Positions 17,175-26,588 of a stretch of DNA of 31,096 bases are shown here, piece by piece. The DNA lies in IMG/VR virus record IMGVR_UViG_3300010052_000199, positions 1 through 31,096 of that record. One strand, given 5' to 3'. The position numbers and the translations under genes were made by a program. The notes under the pieces were generated by a model that saw only the letters and a list, made by a program, of their open reading frames with translations, had not been told where the DNA came from and did no database searches. Positions within the stretch are counted from its first letter, which is position 1; the number at the start of each line of letters is the position of its first letter. Source of the stretch: a virus. Taxonomy: Duplodnaviria > Caudoviricetes.

Positions 17175-18283
17175 TAACCTTTTCAAAGGATTTATTACCA
17201 CTTAACCCAGCATATAATGACAGCATCATTCAATTTGAGAGTGATGTGATTTCTGGTGCAACTAAAGCTGTGATTACAGTTAATGGTATGCAGTTCGTAT
17301 CGGTACCAATCAATAACAAATTCACCTTTAATTTCAAGGAGATTGTAAAAAATCTTATCAATACAAATCGTTTTGAAGATACTATCCAGCCAAACCTTTT
17401 TGATGCTTTTTATTATGTAGATGATTCAATATTGCTTCATGCAGAGGTTAAGATTGTTGTACATAACCTTACTGCTAACGAGACGATTTATAAAGATTAC
17501 ACTTTCATAAGAAGTGTTGAGCAGCTTCCTAATTATCATAGGATGTCTCAAATCAACGCACCCGTAAGAATGTTGTTGCCGAGCGATAATTACATGGATT
17601 ATCATGTTAAGATGTTTGAAGGCTTTCCATTCGATATTGCCGTGTATGGTATTGAAAATGACCAGAAGTTTTTCTTTAGAAATATTGCTACCACCGAGCA
17701 AACGGCTGAGTACACAATGCAGGAGGATGGTGTAATCCGATTCTTTTTAAGTGATGGGGCTAACAGCGTTACTGACTTGGAATCGCTAATCCAGCCAAGC
17801 ACTTTAAACAGGCTAGAGCTTTGGGTTGACCAAGAACATAAGGCAAATATTAATATCAACAAGGTCGAATCGGATTGCGGTGTTTACCTCAAATGGCTTA
17901 ACGATAAAGGGAGTTATTCTTATTGGAAATTCGATAGCATATATAAGGACTTGACCAACCCAAAAACCATCGATGATTTTGAAGGCTATTATGATAATCT
18001 GCAAAATCTTACATCAACTAGCCACCTTATTGGAAAGACCGCAACAAGAACTATCCAAATTGATACAACCTTTGATAAAATTGATGCTCCTTATTTACAA
18101 GACCTAGTAACATCACCAGCGGTTTGGATGTATGTTCATACAACACCCTTCAACCAGCAACAGGAGTATGACTTCATCGGGGTTAAGGTTAATGATTCGG
18201 CATTCACCATTGACAATAAGAAGAGCAAGCATAAGCTAGGCTTGACAATAACATTACCAGAAGTAAACACCATCACGCAGTAA
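17171..18283 (+). CDS. Minor tail protein (distal-tail-like)
   Basis: VYLKWLNDKGSYSYWKF and LQDLVTSPAVW motifs typical of Bacteroidota siphophage tail proteins. Confidence 0.65.
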   Translation: MITFSKDLLPLNPAYNDSIIQFESDVISGATKAVITVNGMQFVSVPINNKFTFNFKEIVKNLINTNRFEDTIQPNLFDAFYYVDDSILLHAEVKIVVHNLTANETIYKDYTFIRSVEQLPNYHRMSQINAPVRMLLPSDNYMDYHVKMFEGFPFDIAVYGIENDQKFFFRNIATTEQTAEYTMQEDGVIRFFLSDGANSVTDLESLIQPSTLNRLELWVDQEHKANININKVESDCGVYLKWLNDKGSYSYWKFDSIYKDLTNPKTIDDFEGYYDNLQNLTSTSHLIGKTATRTIQIDTTFDKIDAPYLQDLVTSPAVWMYVHTTPFNQQQEYDFIGVKVNDSAFTIDNKKSKHKLGLTITLPEVNTITQ

Positions 18284-19881
18284 TGCAGATTTTTTTAAAT
18301 GGTCAAGAGCTTGACCTGAACGTGGGTGAAAAGGTGGCTATCACATTGCAGTTGAATGACCTGGGTGATTTGTCCAAGGCTAATACATCTTATACAAACA
18401 AGTTTAAAATTCCGAAAACACCTAAAAACGTTCAGGTAATGAATTTTCTTGGTGTGCCAGGTCAGCTATCTAGGGTACCTTATAAACTAAATAATGTAAC
18501 GATTATTGAGGATTCACTGCCCCTACTAATAAATGGATTCGCTGAGCTTTCAGACAATGATGAAAAGTCATATAACATGAATGTTTACGGTAGCGAGAAG
18601 ACCTTTTTTGAAAAGCTCAAAACACATACGTTGCAGGATGTTTATGGTCAGAGAAATATAGTTTGGACAGCTGAATCTCTGGTGCCGTATATAAACGGTG
18701 CTGGGATGAATGGCATAACATTACCAGTTGCTCAATATAATGCAAACACAACACATAGTGGCTCGTTACAATCCTTGGGAACTGTGTTTACTAGAACCCT
18801 TGTAACCCAAACATCACCACATTTCTATGTAAGGTTTCTTTTTGAAAAAATATTCACACATCTTGGTTACACCGTAACCTATCCGTTCATTTACGATGCA
18901 GTTTTTAATAGGTTGGTAATTCCATCAGCTAAAGGTGTAAGCCATTTTCAAGTCGGATACGGTGATACTTTTAATGTCCAACTTTGCTTACCAGAGGTCT
19001 CATGTGATGTGCTTGTAAAGGAATTAATGTACCGTTATGGTTTGGTCATTAAAGTTAATGAATTTGATAAGAAAGTAACCTTTACCAAACTTGATACGCT
19101 TCTTAAGAGCGGCCCTGTTTTGGATTGGACCGATAAATTTTCTGGTCTGAAAAATGAGAAATACAATATTGACGGTTATGGTCAAACCAACTATCTGAGG
19201 TACAAGGAAGATGTGATGGATGAGAATTATCCAACACTCGGGCCAGCTGATGCCTTGATGGGTTTATTTAAAATTGATAATGAAACCCTTAACAAAGAAA
19301 AAACAATAATTGATTCAGCATTTGTAAAGCCGCCACTATGTAGAGTGATTGAAAGTAACGATTGGGCCAAGGGTAGAATATTTCTTCATACCACTGGTAC
19401 AGATTCGTTTTTGTTAGACATTGCCGAGAATACACTTGAGAGCGGTGCAGAATTGCGCCCTAGAGAAATACCTTTTCAAATACAGTATTTAAAAAATCTT
19501 AGCGGTGTAGTTCAATTTCGACTCGAACGTCCGAATGGTACGTACACAACAACTAACGTCAATAATCCACTCGTAGGCTCAACAAATAATTTATCGTTCC
19601 AGACATTTTTAAATACTAATTACGGCCAGATAATAAATCTTTTGCAAACCATGCACGTCATTAAATGCACCATGAAATTATCTCTATTGGATGTTTACAA
19701 CTTTGATTTTCACAGTAGAATATATCTGGAACAGTTCGGGAGCTACTTCTATGTGAATAAAATAAGCAGCTACCAAAAGAATAAACTTGTAGAGGTCGAA
19801 CTTGTAAAAATTCCTCCAATAGTTCAAACAGGTGGTGGTTCGTACCAGTACGGTACATTAAACATGATTGGAACATTATAA
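18283..19881 (+). CDS. Tail tip / baseplate hub protein
   Basis: LQLNDLGDLSKANTSYTNKFKIPKTPKN N-terminus, LDWTDK, C-terminal FYVNKI...VEVELVK. Confidence 0.7.
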   Translation: MQIFLNGQELDLNVGEKVAITLQLNDLGDLSKANTSYTNKFKIPKTPKNVQVMNFLGVPGQLSRVPYKLNNVTIIEDSLPLLINGFAELSDNDEKSYNMNVYGSEKTFFEKLKTHTLQDVYGQRNIVWTAESLVPYINGAGMNGITLPVAQYNANTTHSGSLQSLGTVFTRTLVTQTSPHFYVRFLFEKIFTHLGYTVTYPFIYDAVFNRLVIPSAKGVSHFQVGYGDTFNVQLCLPEVSCDVLVKELMYRYGLVIKVNEFDKKVTFTKLDTLLKSGPVLDWTDKFSGLKNEKYNIDGYGQTNYLRYKEDVMDENYPTLGPADALMGLFKIDNETLNKEKTIIDSAFVKPPLCRVIESNDWAKGRIFLHTTGTDSFLLDIAENTLESGAELRPREIPFQIQYLKNLSGVVQFRLERPNGTYTTTNVNNPLVGSTNNLSFQTFLNTNYGQIINLLQTMHVIKCTMKLSLLDVYNFDFHSRIYLEQFGSYFYVNKISSYQKNKLVEVELVKIPPIVQTGGGSYQYGTLNMIGTL

Positions 19882-20765
19882 TGACAAATATTATTCAAAG
19901 TATCTGGACAAAGCCAATGCTTGCAGAACGTTGGAACATCACTGACCAAATAGAAAAGAACCTTTGGCTTTACGGTTACTCAGTTGATTACTTAAAAAGA
20001 ATCGGGCTGCCAGTAGAATTGTACACCGATACATATGGGGCCAGCATTTTCGACTGCCTTGGATATGATAACATTCATATTAAGCTAGATGAACTGGAAG
20101 ATGTAAATGAGAGGTTCTGGAGCGCAGGAAAGATTGTGGCAATTAGAGAAGCCCCACTCGGGTCAATACATATTGATGGTGACGTGTTCCTGAAGAAGGA
20201 AAGTATAATTCCACTACTAGAATTTCCAGACCATGACTGTATTGTGCAAATGGAAGAAAGATTATCAATCTTCATGGAAAGCTATGAGCAAGTTTTGCCA
20301 ATGTTTCGGGATGCTGTGGGAGATTCGGTTAAAGGATTTGGCTACTCGGCAACAACCAGTGTGAATTGTGGCATCATGGGATTTAATAATTCACTATTAA
20401 GAGATGCTTTCATAAATGGATATTTCCAAATATTAGAAATCTGTCAATCTGACCAGCACTTCATGAGCCTTTTAAAATATGACCTTAAGAAGCGAAACGA
20501 ACCAAATATTGTAATTGAACAATACTTTTTGAAAGGAATTGCTGATTTTGAGGGCTGTACAATCAAAAGTCTTCTTGAGATGAAGAGCGATAATTTCCAA
20601 GATGATATAGCTGATATGAATAACCAAGCAAATGAAATTGGTTTTGCTCACGCTTGGGGTAGTTCGAAGTACCAAATCATTGAGCCTATCAAAGATATTC
20701 TGGCTCAACGCAATCCAAAGCTACATCAAGCCATCCTCAACAAGATTGTTGAGATTAATCTATAA
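19881..20765 (+). CDS. GT-A-like protein (DUF6734-like) with DxD motif
   Basis: IIQSIWTKP, VELYTD, FWSAGKI, IHIDGDVFL, VNCGIMG, VIEQY, FAHAWG. Confidence 0.7.
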   Translation: MTNIIQSIWTKPMLAERWNITDQIEKNLWLYGYSVDYLKRIGLPVELYTDTYGASIFDCLGYDNIHIKLDELEDVNERFWSAGKIVAIREAPLGSIHIDGDVFLKKESIIPLLEFPDHDCIVQMEERLSIFMESYEQVLPMFRDAVGDSVKGFGYSATTSVNCGIMGFNNSLLRDAFINGYFQILEICQSDQHFMSLLKYDLKKRNEPNIVIEQYFLKGIADFEGCTIKSLLEMKSDNFQDDIADMNNQANEIGFAHAWGSSKYQIIEPIKDILAQRNPKLHQAILNKIVEINL

Positions 20766-20788
20766 CAAGAGTATAATATGAACATGAA

Positions 20789-23700
20789 GTGCCACAACAG
20801 GTTGAAATCCTTTCACTTAACATTGATACCAATGCATTAATTACAAAGCTTAGTGATACTAGAAGAGCAATTGAACAATTACAAGCCAGCCAAAGAACCT
20901 TACAACAAGCTGGTGATTCATCATCGCAACAATACATCCAGCAGGCGGCCCAGCTAAGAAATCTGCAGAGGCAGTATACTACTCAGAACAATGTTTTAAC
21001 CCAGCTTAACGCTGCCAATAATCAAGCCACAAGTGCTTTACAGGCAGTTAACACCGCGCTCAATAGAAACATTACATCTATTGCAGAAGCTACTGAAAAC
21101 AACCGTCAGCTAACAGCTGTAAGGAATCAGCTTAACCTTTCAACTCAGCAAGGTAGAGACGCGTTGGAAGCAATTAATAGAAGGCTTAACGAAAACACTG
21201 AATTCATTAGGACGAATGTCAGTGCGCAGGAGCAGCAGAGAATGAATATCGGTAACTACACCGAATCAATTCAAGAAGCTTTAGGAGCTATCAACCCGTT
21301 CAACGGTGGTATTGCAGGGTTTACTTCAAGAGCTCAAGCCGCTGGTGGGGCTGGAAATCTTTTGAGACAATCATTCTCTCAACTGGCAACTGGAATTGGT
21401 GGAGCTACAAGGGCCGCAGTGTCATTCATAGCTACTCCAATTGGTGCTGTGATTGCGGGAATAACCGCTGCATTCGCTGCTGGAAAAGCAATCTTTGATT
21501 ATAACGCGGGCCTACAAGAAGCGAATAAAGAACTGAAGGCGCTCGGTGTTAATGCTGGGGATTTATCCAAGGTCAGGAGCGAAATCACTGCAACAGCTGA
21601 TACATTCGACAAGGACTTCAAGGACATTGCCAGTAAAGCAAATTCGTTAGCTAAGGCTTACGGAATTTCCATGTCTGAAGCCAATGATATCATTGCACAA
21701 GGTCTTGCTTCAGGTGGAGCGCAAAATGAAGAGTTTTTGGATTCTCTTGGTGAGTATGACCAGCTATTTGCAAACGCTGGATATAGTGCTGAGCAGTTTG
21801 TAAATATTATCAATGCTGGATACGACCTTGGGGTATACAGCGATAAGCTTCCTGATGCTATTAAAGAAGTCGGGTTAAGCTTGACCGAGCAAACCAAAGC
21901 CACCAGAGATGCCTTAGTAAATTCTTTTGGTGCAACATTTACAGATGATATCCTTAAGAAGGTTAGAACGGGCGAGCTAACTGTATCAGAAGCCTTGAAC
22001 AACATTGCAAAGAAAGCTTCTGAAACCCAATTGACTCAACAGCAACAAGCCCAGCTTACTGCCGATGTTTTCAAAGGTGCTGGTGAGGATGCAGGTGGAG
22101 CAATGAAAGTACTAGAAGCGGTTAACGCTGCTGCCAATAAACAACTGGACGGGGCCGCAATGAAACAACTTGAGCTAGCTGATGCCAATGAAAGGCTTAA
22201 CAAAGCACAATCAGAGCTATTCGAGATTGAAGGGTTCGGTGATATCTGGACATCGGTTAAGGCTATGGCCACCGATGCACTAGCTGCCATGATGGAATAT
22301 ATTGCTGGTGTAAAGAAAGATATCCAGCCTCTAATTGATTTTGTTGGAATAATTTTCTCAAATGCATGGAATACGCTAAAGACCACGGTTAGTGCAGTAT
22401 TTAATGTAATCAAAGGCGGCTTTGCTGTAATGTCAAATACAATTGGGACATTCTTCAACTTCTTTAAAGCGTTGGTAACAGGTGATTTTTCGGGTGCTAT
22501 CAATGCCCTTAAAAATGGTTTTAATAATCTCTTATCAATTGTCGGCAACACGTTCGGACGTATCAAGAATAATATCATTGATGGCCTTAAAGGTATTGTG
22601 TCCAACGTTCAACCAATCCTTTCAGCACTTGGAGTAGATGTAGAGAAACTCCAAAAGAAACTAGACGGCCTCAAGTCTAAGAACATTGATGTAAAGACCT
22701 CAAATACTACTACCAATACTACAACCGCCACCAGCACCAGCAAGAACATTGTTGCCGATGTTGACCCGAATGCTGGTGCAAATGCAAAGGCTGCTGCTGA
22801 TGCTCAGAAGAAAGCTCTCGCTGATGCGAAAGAAGCCTCTGATGCCAAGATGAAGATTATTGATGCTGAGATTCAAAAACAAAATGAAGCCCTTAATCTT
22901 TTCATTGCTCAACAAGGCTATAAGAAAAAAGCATTAGCAGAGGAGCTTGCTTATGAAGAGCAGTTAATGAAGAAAAAGCAGGCAATCCTTGACACTCAAC
23001 TCAAAGGCGGTAAGATAAGTCAAACCGCTTATGAAACCGAAAAACTGAATCTCACCAACGCATTTGCAAAGAAGCAAGCCGAGGTAGCAGTTCAATTAGC
23101 GGCTGATGAATTAGCTCAAAAGAAAAGGGTTCTTGAGCAGCAAAAGCAGGATGATACTTTCTTCACAGAAGAAAAGCTGATGAACGCCTTCAAGCTCAAC
23201 AACGATATGGCTATGGCTGAAAGAGATTATCAGCTTGCCAGAAAAGAGGCTGGGTTAATTAGTGAGCAGGAATACTTGGATGCGGTTGATGCAATCAATG
23301 AAGCTAACAGGATTAAGAATGAAGAAGCTCAAGCTTTAAGAGATGAAGCCAAAAAAGAGCAGAAAGCAATTGACCTTGAAAATCAAAGAATATTAGATGA
23401 TGAGAAATTCACCAATGATTTTGACCGTCAATTAGCAGAAGAAGAAATACGTTATCAAGCCGAATTAAAGGCAGCTGAGAAAACTGGAGCTGACACTACC
23501 AAAATTCACGAAAAGCACGCCAATGCGGTAAAGAAAATAGAGCAAGCGCGAGAGATGGCAATACGTCAAGGCTATGCCGATACTTTTGGTCAGGTTGCAC
23601 AACTACTTGGTGAGAAGACAGCAGCTGGTAAGGCTGCTGCAATAGCTGAGGCTACCATGAACACGTATAATGGGATAACTCAAGTTTGGGCAGCAGATAG

Positions 23701-24193
23701 TATTCTACCAGAACCAGCGGCAACTATTGCTAAGGTTGTAAGTACAGGTGTAGTATTGGCATCGGGTCTTGGTGCTGTAAAGAAAATTACAGGAGTTAAA
23801 TTAGCAACTGGTGGTGAAGTACCAAGGCTGTCAGCTGGCGTTATCAATAACGGTAGCAACATAATCCCACTTTCTAATGGTGATGATACGCTTGCCTATG
23901 TTGGGCAAGGTGAGGTCATCCTCAATAAAACCCAACAAAGAAGAGCAGGTGGACCAGCGTTCTTTAGGTCACTTGGTGTACCTGGGTTTGCAGGAGGTGG
24001 TATGATTGGTGGATATTCACAGCTAGACAATATCACATCCAGCGCAAAGATTGATTATGATATTCTTGCAAGCAAGATTGGTCAAGAAGTCGGCAAGGCT
24101 AACTTGGCGTTACCATCACCAACTGTACAAGTTGATACTATAACCGAGGCCCAGAGCAGCAATGCAAGAATTGTAGCTGGAGCAGCACTTTAA
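20789..24193 (+). CDS. Tail tape measure protein (1134 aa)
   Basis: Longest ORF; Ala/Gln-rich helical and coiled-coil segments, RMNIGNY, aromatic-spaced repeats, C-terminal LATGG...GEVILN...FAGGG. Confidence 0.92.
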   Translation: MPQQVEILSLNIDTNALITKLSDTRRAIEQLQASQRTLQQAGDSSSQQYIQQAAQLRNLQRQYTTQNNVLTQLNAANNQATSALQAVNTALNRNITSIAEATENNRQLTAVRNQLNLSTQQGRDALEAINRRLNENTEFIRTNVSAQEQQRMNIGNYTESIQEALGAINPFNGGIAGFTSRAQAAGGAGNLLRQSFSQLATGIGGATRAAVSFIATPIGAVIAGITAAFAAGKAIFDYNAGLQEANKELKALGVNAGDLSKVRSEITATADTFDKDFKDIASKANSLAKAYGISMSEANDIIAQGLASGGAQNEEFLDSLGEYDQLFANAGYSAEQFVNIINAGYDLGVYSDKLPDAIKEVGLSLTEQTKATRDALVNSFGATFTDDILKKVRTGELTVSEALNNIAKKASETQLTQQQQAQLTADVFKGAGEDAGGAMKVLEAVNAAANKQLDGAAMKQLELADANERLNKAQSELFEIEGFGDIWTSVKAMATDALAAMMEYIAGVKKDIQPLIDFVGIIFSNAWNTLKTTVSAVFNVIKGGFAVMSNTIGTFFNFFKALVTGDFSGAINALKNGFNNLLSIVGNTFGRIKNNIIDGLKGIVSNVQPILSALGVDVEKLQKKLDGLKSKNIDVKTSNTTTNTTTATSTSKNIVADVDPNAGANAKAAADAQKKALADAKEASDAKMKIIDAEIQKQNEALNLFIAQQGYKKKALAEELAYEEQLMKKKQAILDTQLKGGKISQTAYETEKLNLTNAFAKKQAEVAVQLAADELAQKKRVLEQQKQDDTFFTEEKLMNAFKLNNDMAMAERDYQLARKEAGLISEQEYLDAVDAINEANRIKNEEAQALRDEAKKEQKAIDLENQRILDDEKFTNDFDRQLAEEEIRYQAELKAAEKTGADTTKIHEKHANAVKKIEQAREMAIRQGYADTFGQVAQLLGEKTAAGKAAAIAEATMNTYNGITQVWAADSILPEPAATIAKVVSTGVVLASGLGAVKKITGVKLATGGEVPRLSAGVINNGSNIIPLSNGDDTLAYVGQGEVILNKTQQRRAGGPAFFRSLGVPGFAGGGMIGGYSQLDNITSSAKIDYDILASKIGQEVGKANLALPSPTVQVDTITEAQSSNARIVAGAAL

Positions 24194-24211
24194 ATTCAAA
24201 TTATTTTTATC

Positions 24212-24247
24212 AATAGGAACCCTAGCATTTGCTGGGGTTTTCTATTT
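24212..24247. terminator. Intrinsic terminator ending the tail operon
   Basis: AATAGGAACCCTAGC / GCTGGGGTTTTCTATT stem. Confidence 0.8.
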
Positions 24248-24282
24248 GAAGCAGGATTATTTTCATTTTTTTTTTATAAAAA

Positions 24283-24319
24283 CAGTCTTTTCAGAAACTA
24301 CGAGATATTTAATAATAAA
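24283..24319 (+). promoter_or_regulatory. Element-specific motif B, copy 2 (upstream of the HNH/sigma operon)
   Basis: CAGTCTTTT-N9-CGAGATATTTAATAATAAA, colinear with the minus-strand copy at 2724-2760. Confidence 0.5.
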
Positions 24320-24326
24320 CACCATT

Positions 24327-24497
24327 ATGAATGAAGATGATGAACTATCAGATGAGCAGGTTGAGGAGATGTTTGAAAACCTTGCTGAGCTAATCAATAA
24401 TCTTAAGGCAAAGGCTGATGCAGCAAAGAACCGAAAGAAAAGCCTTCCAGCATGGCTTATTTATCTGCTGGAAAAGAATAAACCCTCACAAAACTAA
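24327..24497 (+). CDS. Small protein (56 aa) with acidic N-terminus
   Basis: ATG at 24327 preferred; the ORF-track TTG start at 24246 lies in the terminator. Confidence 0.6.
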   Translation: MNEDDELSDEQVEEMFENLAELINNLKAKADAAKNRKKSLPAWLIYLLEKNKPSQN

Positions 24498-25016
24498 ATG
24501 CGCGGGGCAATAGAATCATTATTAACTAAAATGAAAACACATGAGCAAGAACAGTGGAAAGCTGTAAAACAAAATGAAAACTATGAGGTCTCAAACCTTG
24601 GAAGAGTTAGGCATCATTACAAAAATGGTAAGACAAAGATTCTTTCTCCAATGAGTAACTGCCAAAATGATAACGATTACCTCTTCATCAACATTGATGG
24701 CAAGAAGTACTACATACACATTCTAGTTCTGGAAACTTTTATCGGTGAGAAGCCAATAGGGTACGAATGTGACCACAGAAATAGTAATAGACAAGATAAC
24801 TCCATCAGCAATCTAAGATACCTTACAAGGGCTGAAAATCGCTCACACAAGGGTTCAAAGCATGGGATGGCAAAGCTATCAGAAAAACTGGTTAAGACCC
24901 TAAAGAAATTACTCGATTTAGGTATGTCTCAAAAACAGGCTGCAGAACTGTTTGAAGTGTCTGCATCAACAATAAGCTCCATCGTTACGGGCAAGACTTG
25001 GACCCATGTAGTATAA
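24498..25016 (+). CDS. NUMOD4-HNH endonuclease with C-terminal HTH
   Basis: EQWKAV...YEVSNLGRVR; IHILV...CDHRNSNRQDNSISNL...EN; SQKQAAELFEVSASTISSIVTGKTW. Confidence 0.9.
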   Translation: MRGAIESLLTKMKTHEQEQWKAVKQNENYEVSNLGRVRHHYKNGKTKILSPMSNCQNDNDYLFINIDGKKYYIHILVLETFIGEKPIGYECDHRNSNRQDNSISNLRYLTRAENRSHKGSKHGMAKLSEKLVKTLKKLLDLGMSQKQAAELFEVSASTISSIVTGKTWTHVV

Positions 25017-25726
25017 TGAATCAGATTTATTACAACGAGCTGAGTATCATTCCAAGCCTTACAAGAGAAGAACAGCTGGACTTGGTATCAAAGGCCAAAG
25101 CAGGGGATAACACTTCAAGAGAGAGGCTTATAAACAGCCATTTGAAATTGGTGGTGCATTACGCAAAGCAGATGGAAAAGTTTCTAACACCTGATGGAAC
25201 GCTTACTATTGATGACTTAATAGGAGAAGGTAATATTGCGCTTATCGATGCAATTAAAGGTTACAAACCTGACAGTGGCACCACTCTTAGCTATTTCGCT
25301 GGGGTGGTAGTCAAGAGAAGAATTACATCGTTCATTTTGCAAAACAGTTCAGCGATAAGAACTCCAGAAAGAAAGATGAAAGCTTTACTAAAACTGGCAA
25401 AAGAGCAGGAATCGGTTGGTTTGGATGAAAGCGCGGGGGAAATACAAATACCAAGTAAAGTAATATTCCCAGATTTCATAGAAACAATAACAGATGAGAA
25501 CGATAATGAAGATATTTCTGAAATGTTGGATAAAATCCAAGCTGCCCTAAAATTGCTAAAGCCGAGGGAAAAAGAAATAATCGAATATTACTTTGGGATA
25601 AATGAGAAAGTAAAAAAGTCCCAAGTTCAAATTGCATCAGATATAGGAATAACTAAGAGTAGAGTTAATCAGATTATAACTTCTACGATAGATAAGATAA
25701 GAGTTAATCCAACCTTATCAAATTAA
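25016..25726 (+). CDS. Element-encoded sigma-70 family RNA polymerase sigma factor (236 aa)
   Basis: LTREEQ (region 1.2), RERLINSHLKLVVHYAK and DLIGEGNIALIDAI (region 2), LKPREKEIIEYYFGI...QIASDIGITKSRVNQI (region 4); ATG in TAATG overlap. Confidence 0.92.
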   Translation: MNQIYYNELSIIPSLTREEQLDLVSKAKAGDNTSRERLINSHLKLVVHYAKQMEKFLTPDGTLTIDDLIGEGNIALIDAIKGYKPDSGTTLSYFAGVVVKRRITSFILQNSSAIRTPERKMKALLKLAKEQESVGLDESAGEIQIPSKVIFPDFIETITDENDNEDISEMLDKIQAALKLLKPREKEIIEYYFGINEKVKKSQVQIASDIGITKSRVNQIITSTIDKIRVNPTLSN

Positions 25727-25737
25727 GTGACAGAACG

Positions 25738-26514
25738 TTAATAAGGGTAAAATTTTATAGTTTCAATTTCAGTTTTGTTATGTGCAGTAGAAATTTTTGT
25801 CAAAGTATCGTATGTGAATAAATATAATGAGGTTTCACCTATGAGTTTTTGCTTTGACTTATAACCCACATAATAATCTTTTTTACTAGTCGAAAAGGTG
25901 AGAGTTGTATCGCTGTTCTTTACTTGCCCCGCATCGATTGTAATAAGCATGTAAACCACGCCAAATACAAAAAGACTGACTTTAATAAACGCTAAACGTC
26001 CATTAATATATTCTTGTGGGTCTGAAACATCTGAATTTTGGTCTTTAACTACTTCTGCATTCTTAGGGATTTCGTAGTTATTTCCAATATCCATGACTAA
26101 CGTCCCGCTCATCAGTATTCCAAAAAACAAAGTATTGATTGGCAATTGATAAATTAATTCTGAAACAAGTTGTGTGTAATACCATGTAAAAACAATATGT
26201 GAAATTCCAATTAAAACCCAAGTCCAACTGTTACTATGTAACTCACGATTATACTTATATAGAACATTAGCAAATGAATCAATTATGAGATATCTAAATA
26301 AAAATAAATATGTTCCAAAAAGAATCAAGACCATTATGGTGTATAATAAAATATCAGTTAAGGTTAGGTAATACAGAATTGGAACATTAAAATTGTTATA
26401 ATAAATCACAAAAAAAGTAAAGCCAATTGACTGAATACCAATTGTAATAAGTAAAGTTTGTTTACTTAATAAAGAAAGAATATTTCGATTTGAGGTTTTG
26501 AATTCTTGCTGCAC
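25738..26514 (-). CDS. Multi-pass membrane protein (about 5 TM)
   Basis: Several hydrophobic helices followed by a soluble C-terminal domain. Confidence 0.8.
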   Translation of the reverse strand: MQQEFKTSNRNILSLLSKQTLLITIGIQSIGFTFFVIYYNNFNVPILYYLTLTDILLYTIMVLILFGTYLFLFRYLIIDSFANVLYKYNRELHSNSWTWVLIGISHIVFTWYYTQLVSELIYQLPINTLFFGILMSGTLVMDIGNNYEIPKNAEVVKDQNSDVSDPQEYINGRLAFIKVSLFVFGVVYMLITIDAGQVKNSDTTLTFSTSKKDYYVGYKSKQKLIGETSLYLFTYDTLTKISTAHNKTEIETIKFYPY

Positions 26515-26549
26515 GTAAGGTTGTATTAGATAAGTTATACTAAAGTAAT

Positions 26550-26570
26550 AAAAAAGCCCCTTAAGGGGCT
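26550..26570 (-). terminator. Intrinsic terminator of 26589..26918
   Basis: AGCCCC-TTAA-GGGGCT preceded by an A-run (U-tract on minus strand). Confidence 0.75.
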
Positions 26571-26588
26571 AAGTAATCTTAATAATCA

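Noticed and set aside
6299-24192. 13-bp direct repeat GAGCAGCACTTTA (6299-6311, 24180-24192) bracketing the structural genes as att sites
   Set aside because: Several 13-mer matches are expected by chance in 31 kb; one copy is coding sequence of the tape measure end; no integrase
7015-25479. Antisense and alternate-frame ORFs inside structural genes (e.g. 7015..7308, 12390..12737, 21658..22005, 22036..22605)
   Set aside because: Shadow ORFs fully overlapping well-supported genes, with no motifs or expression signals
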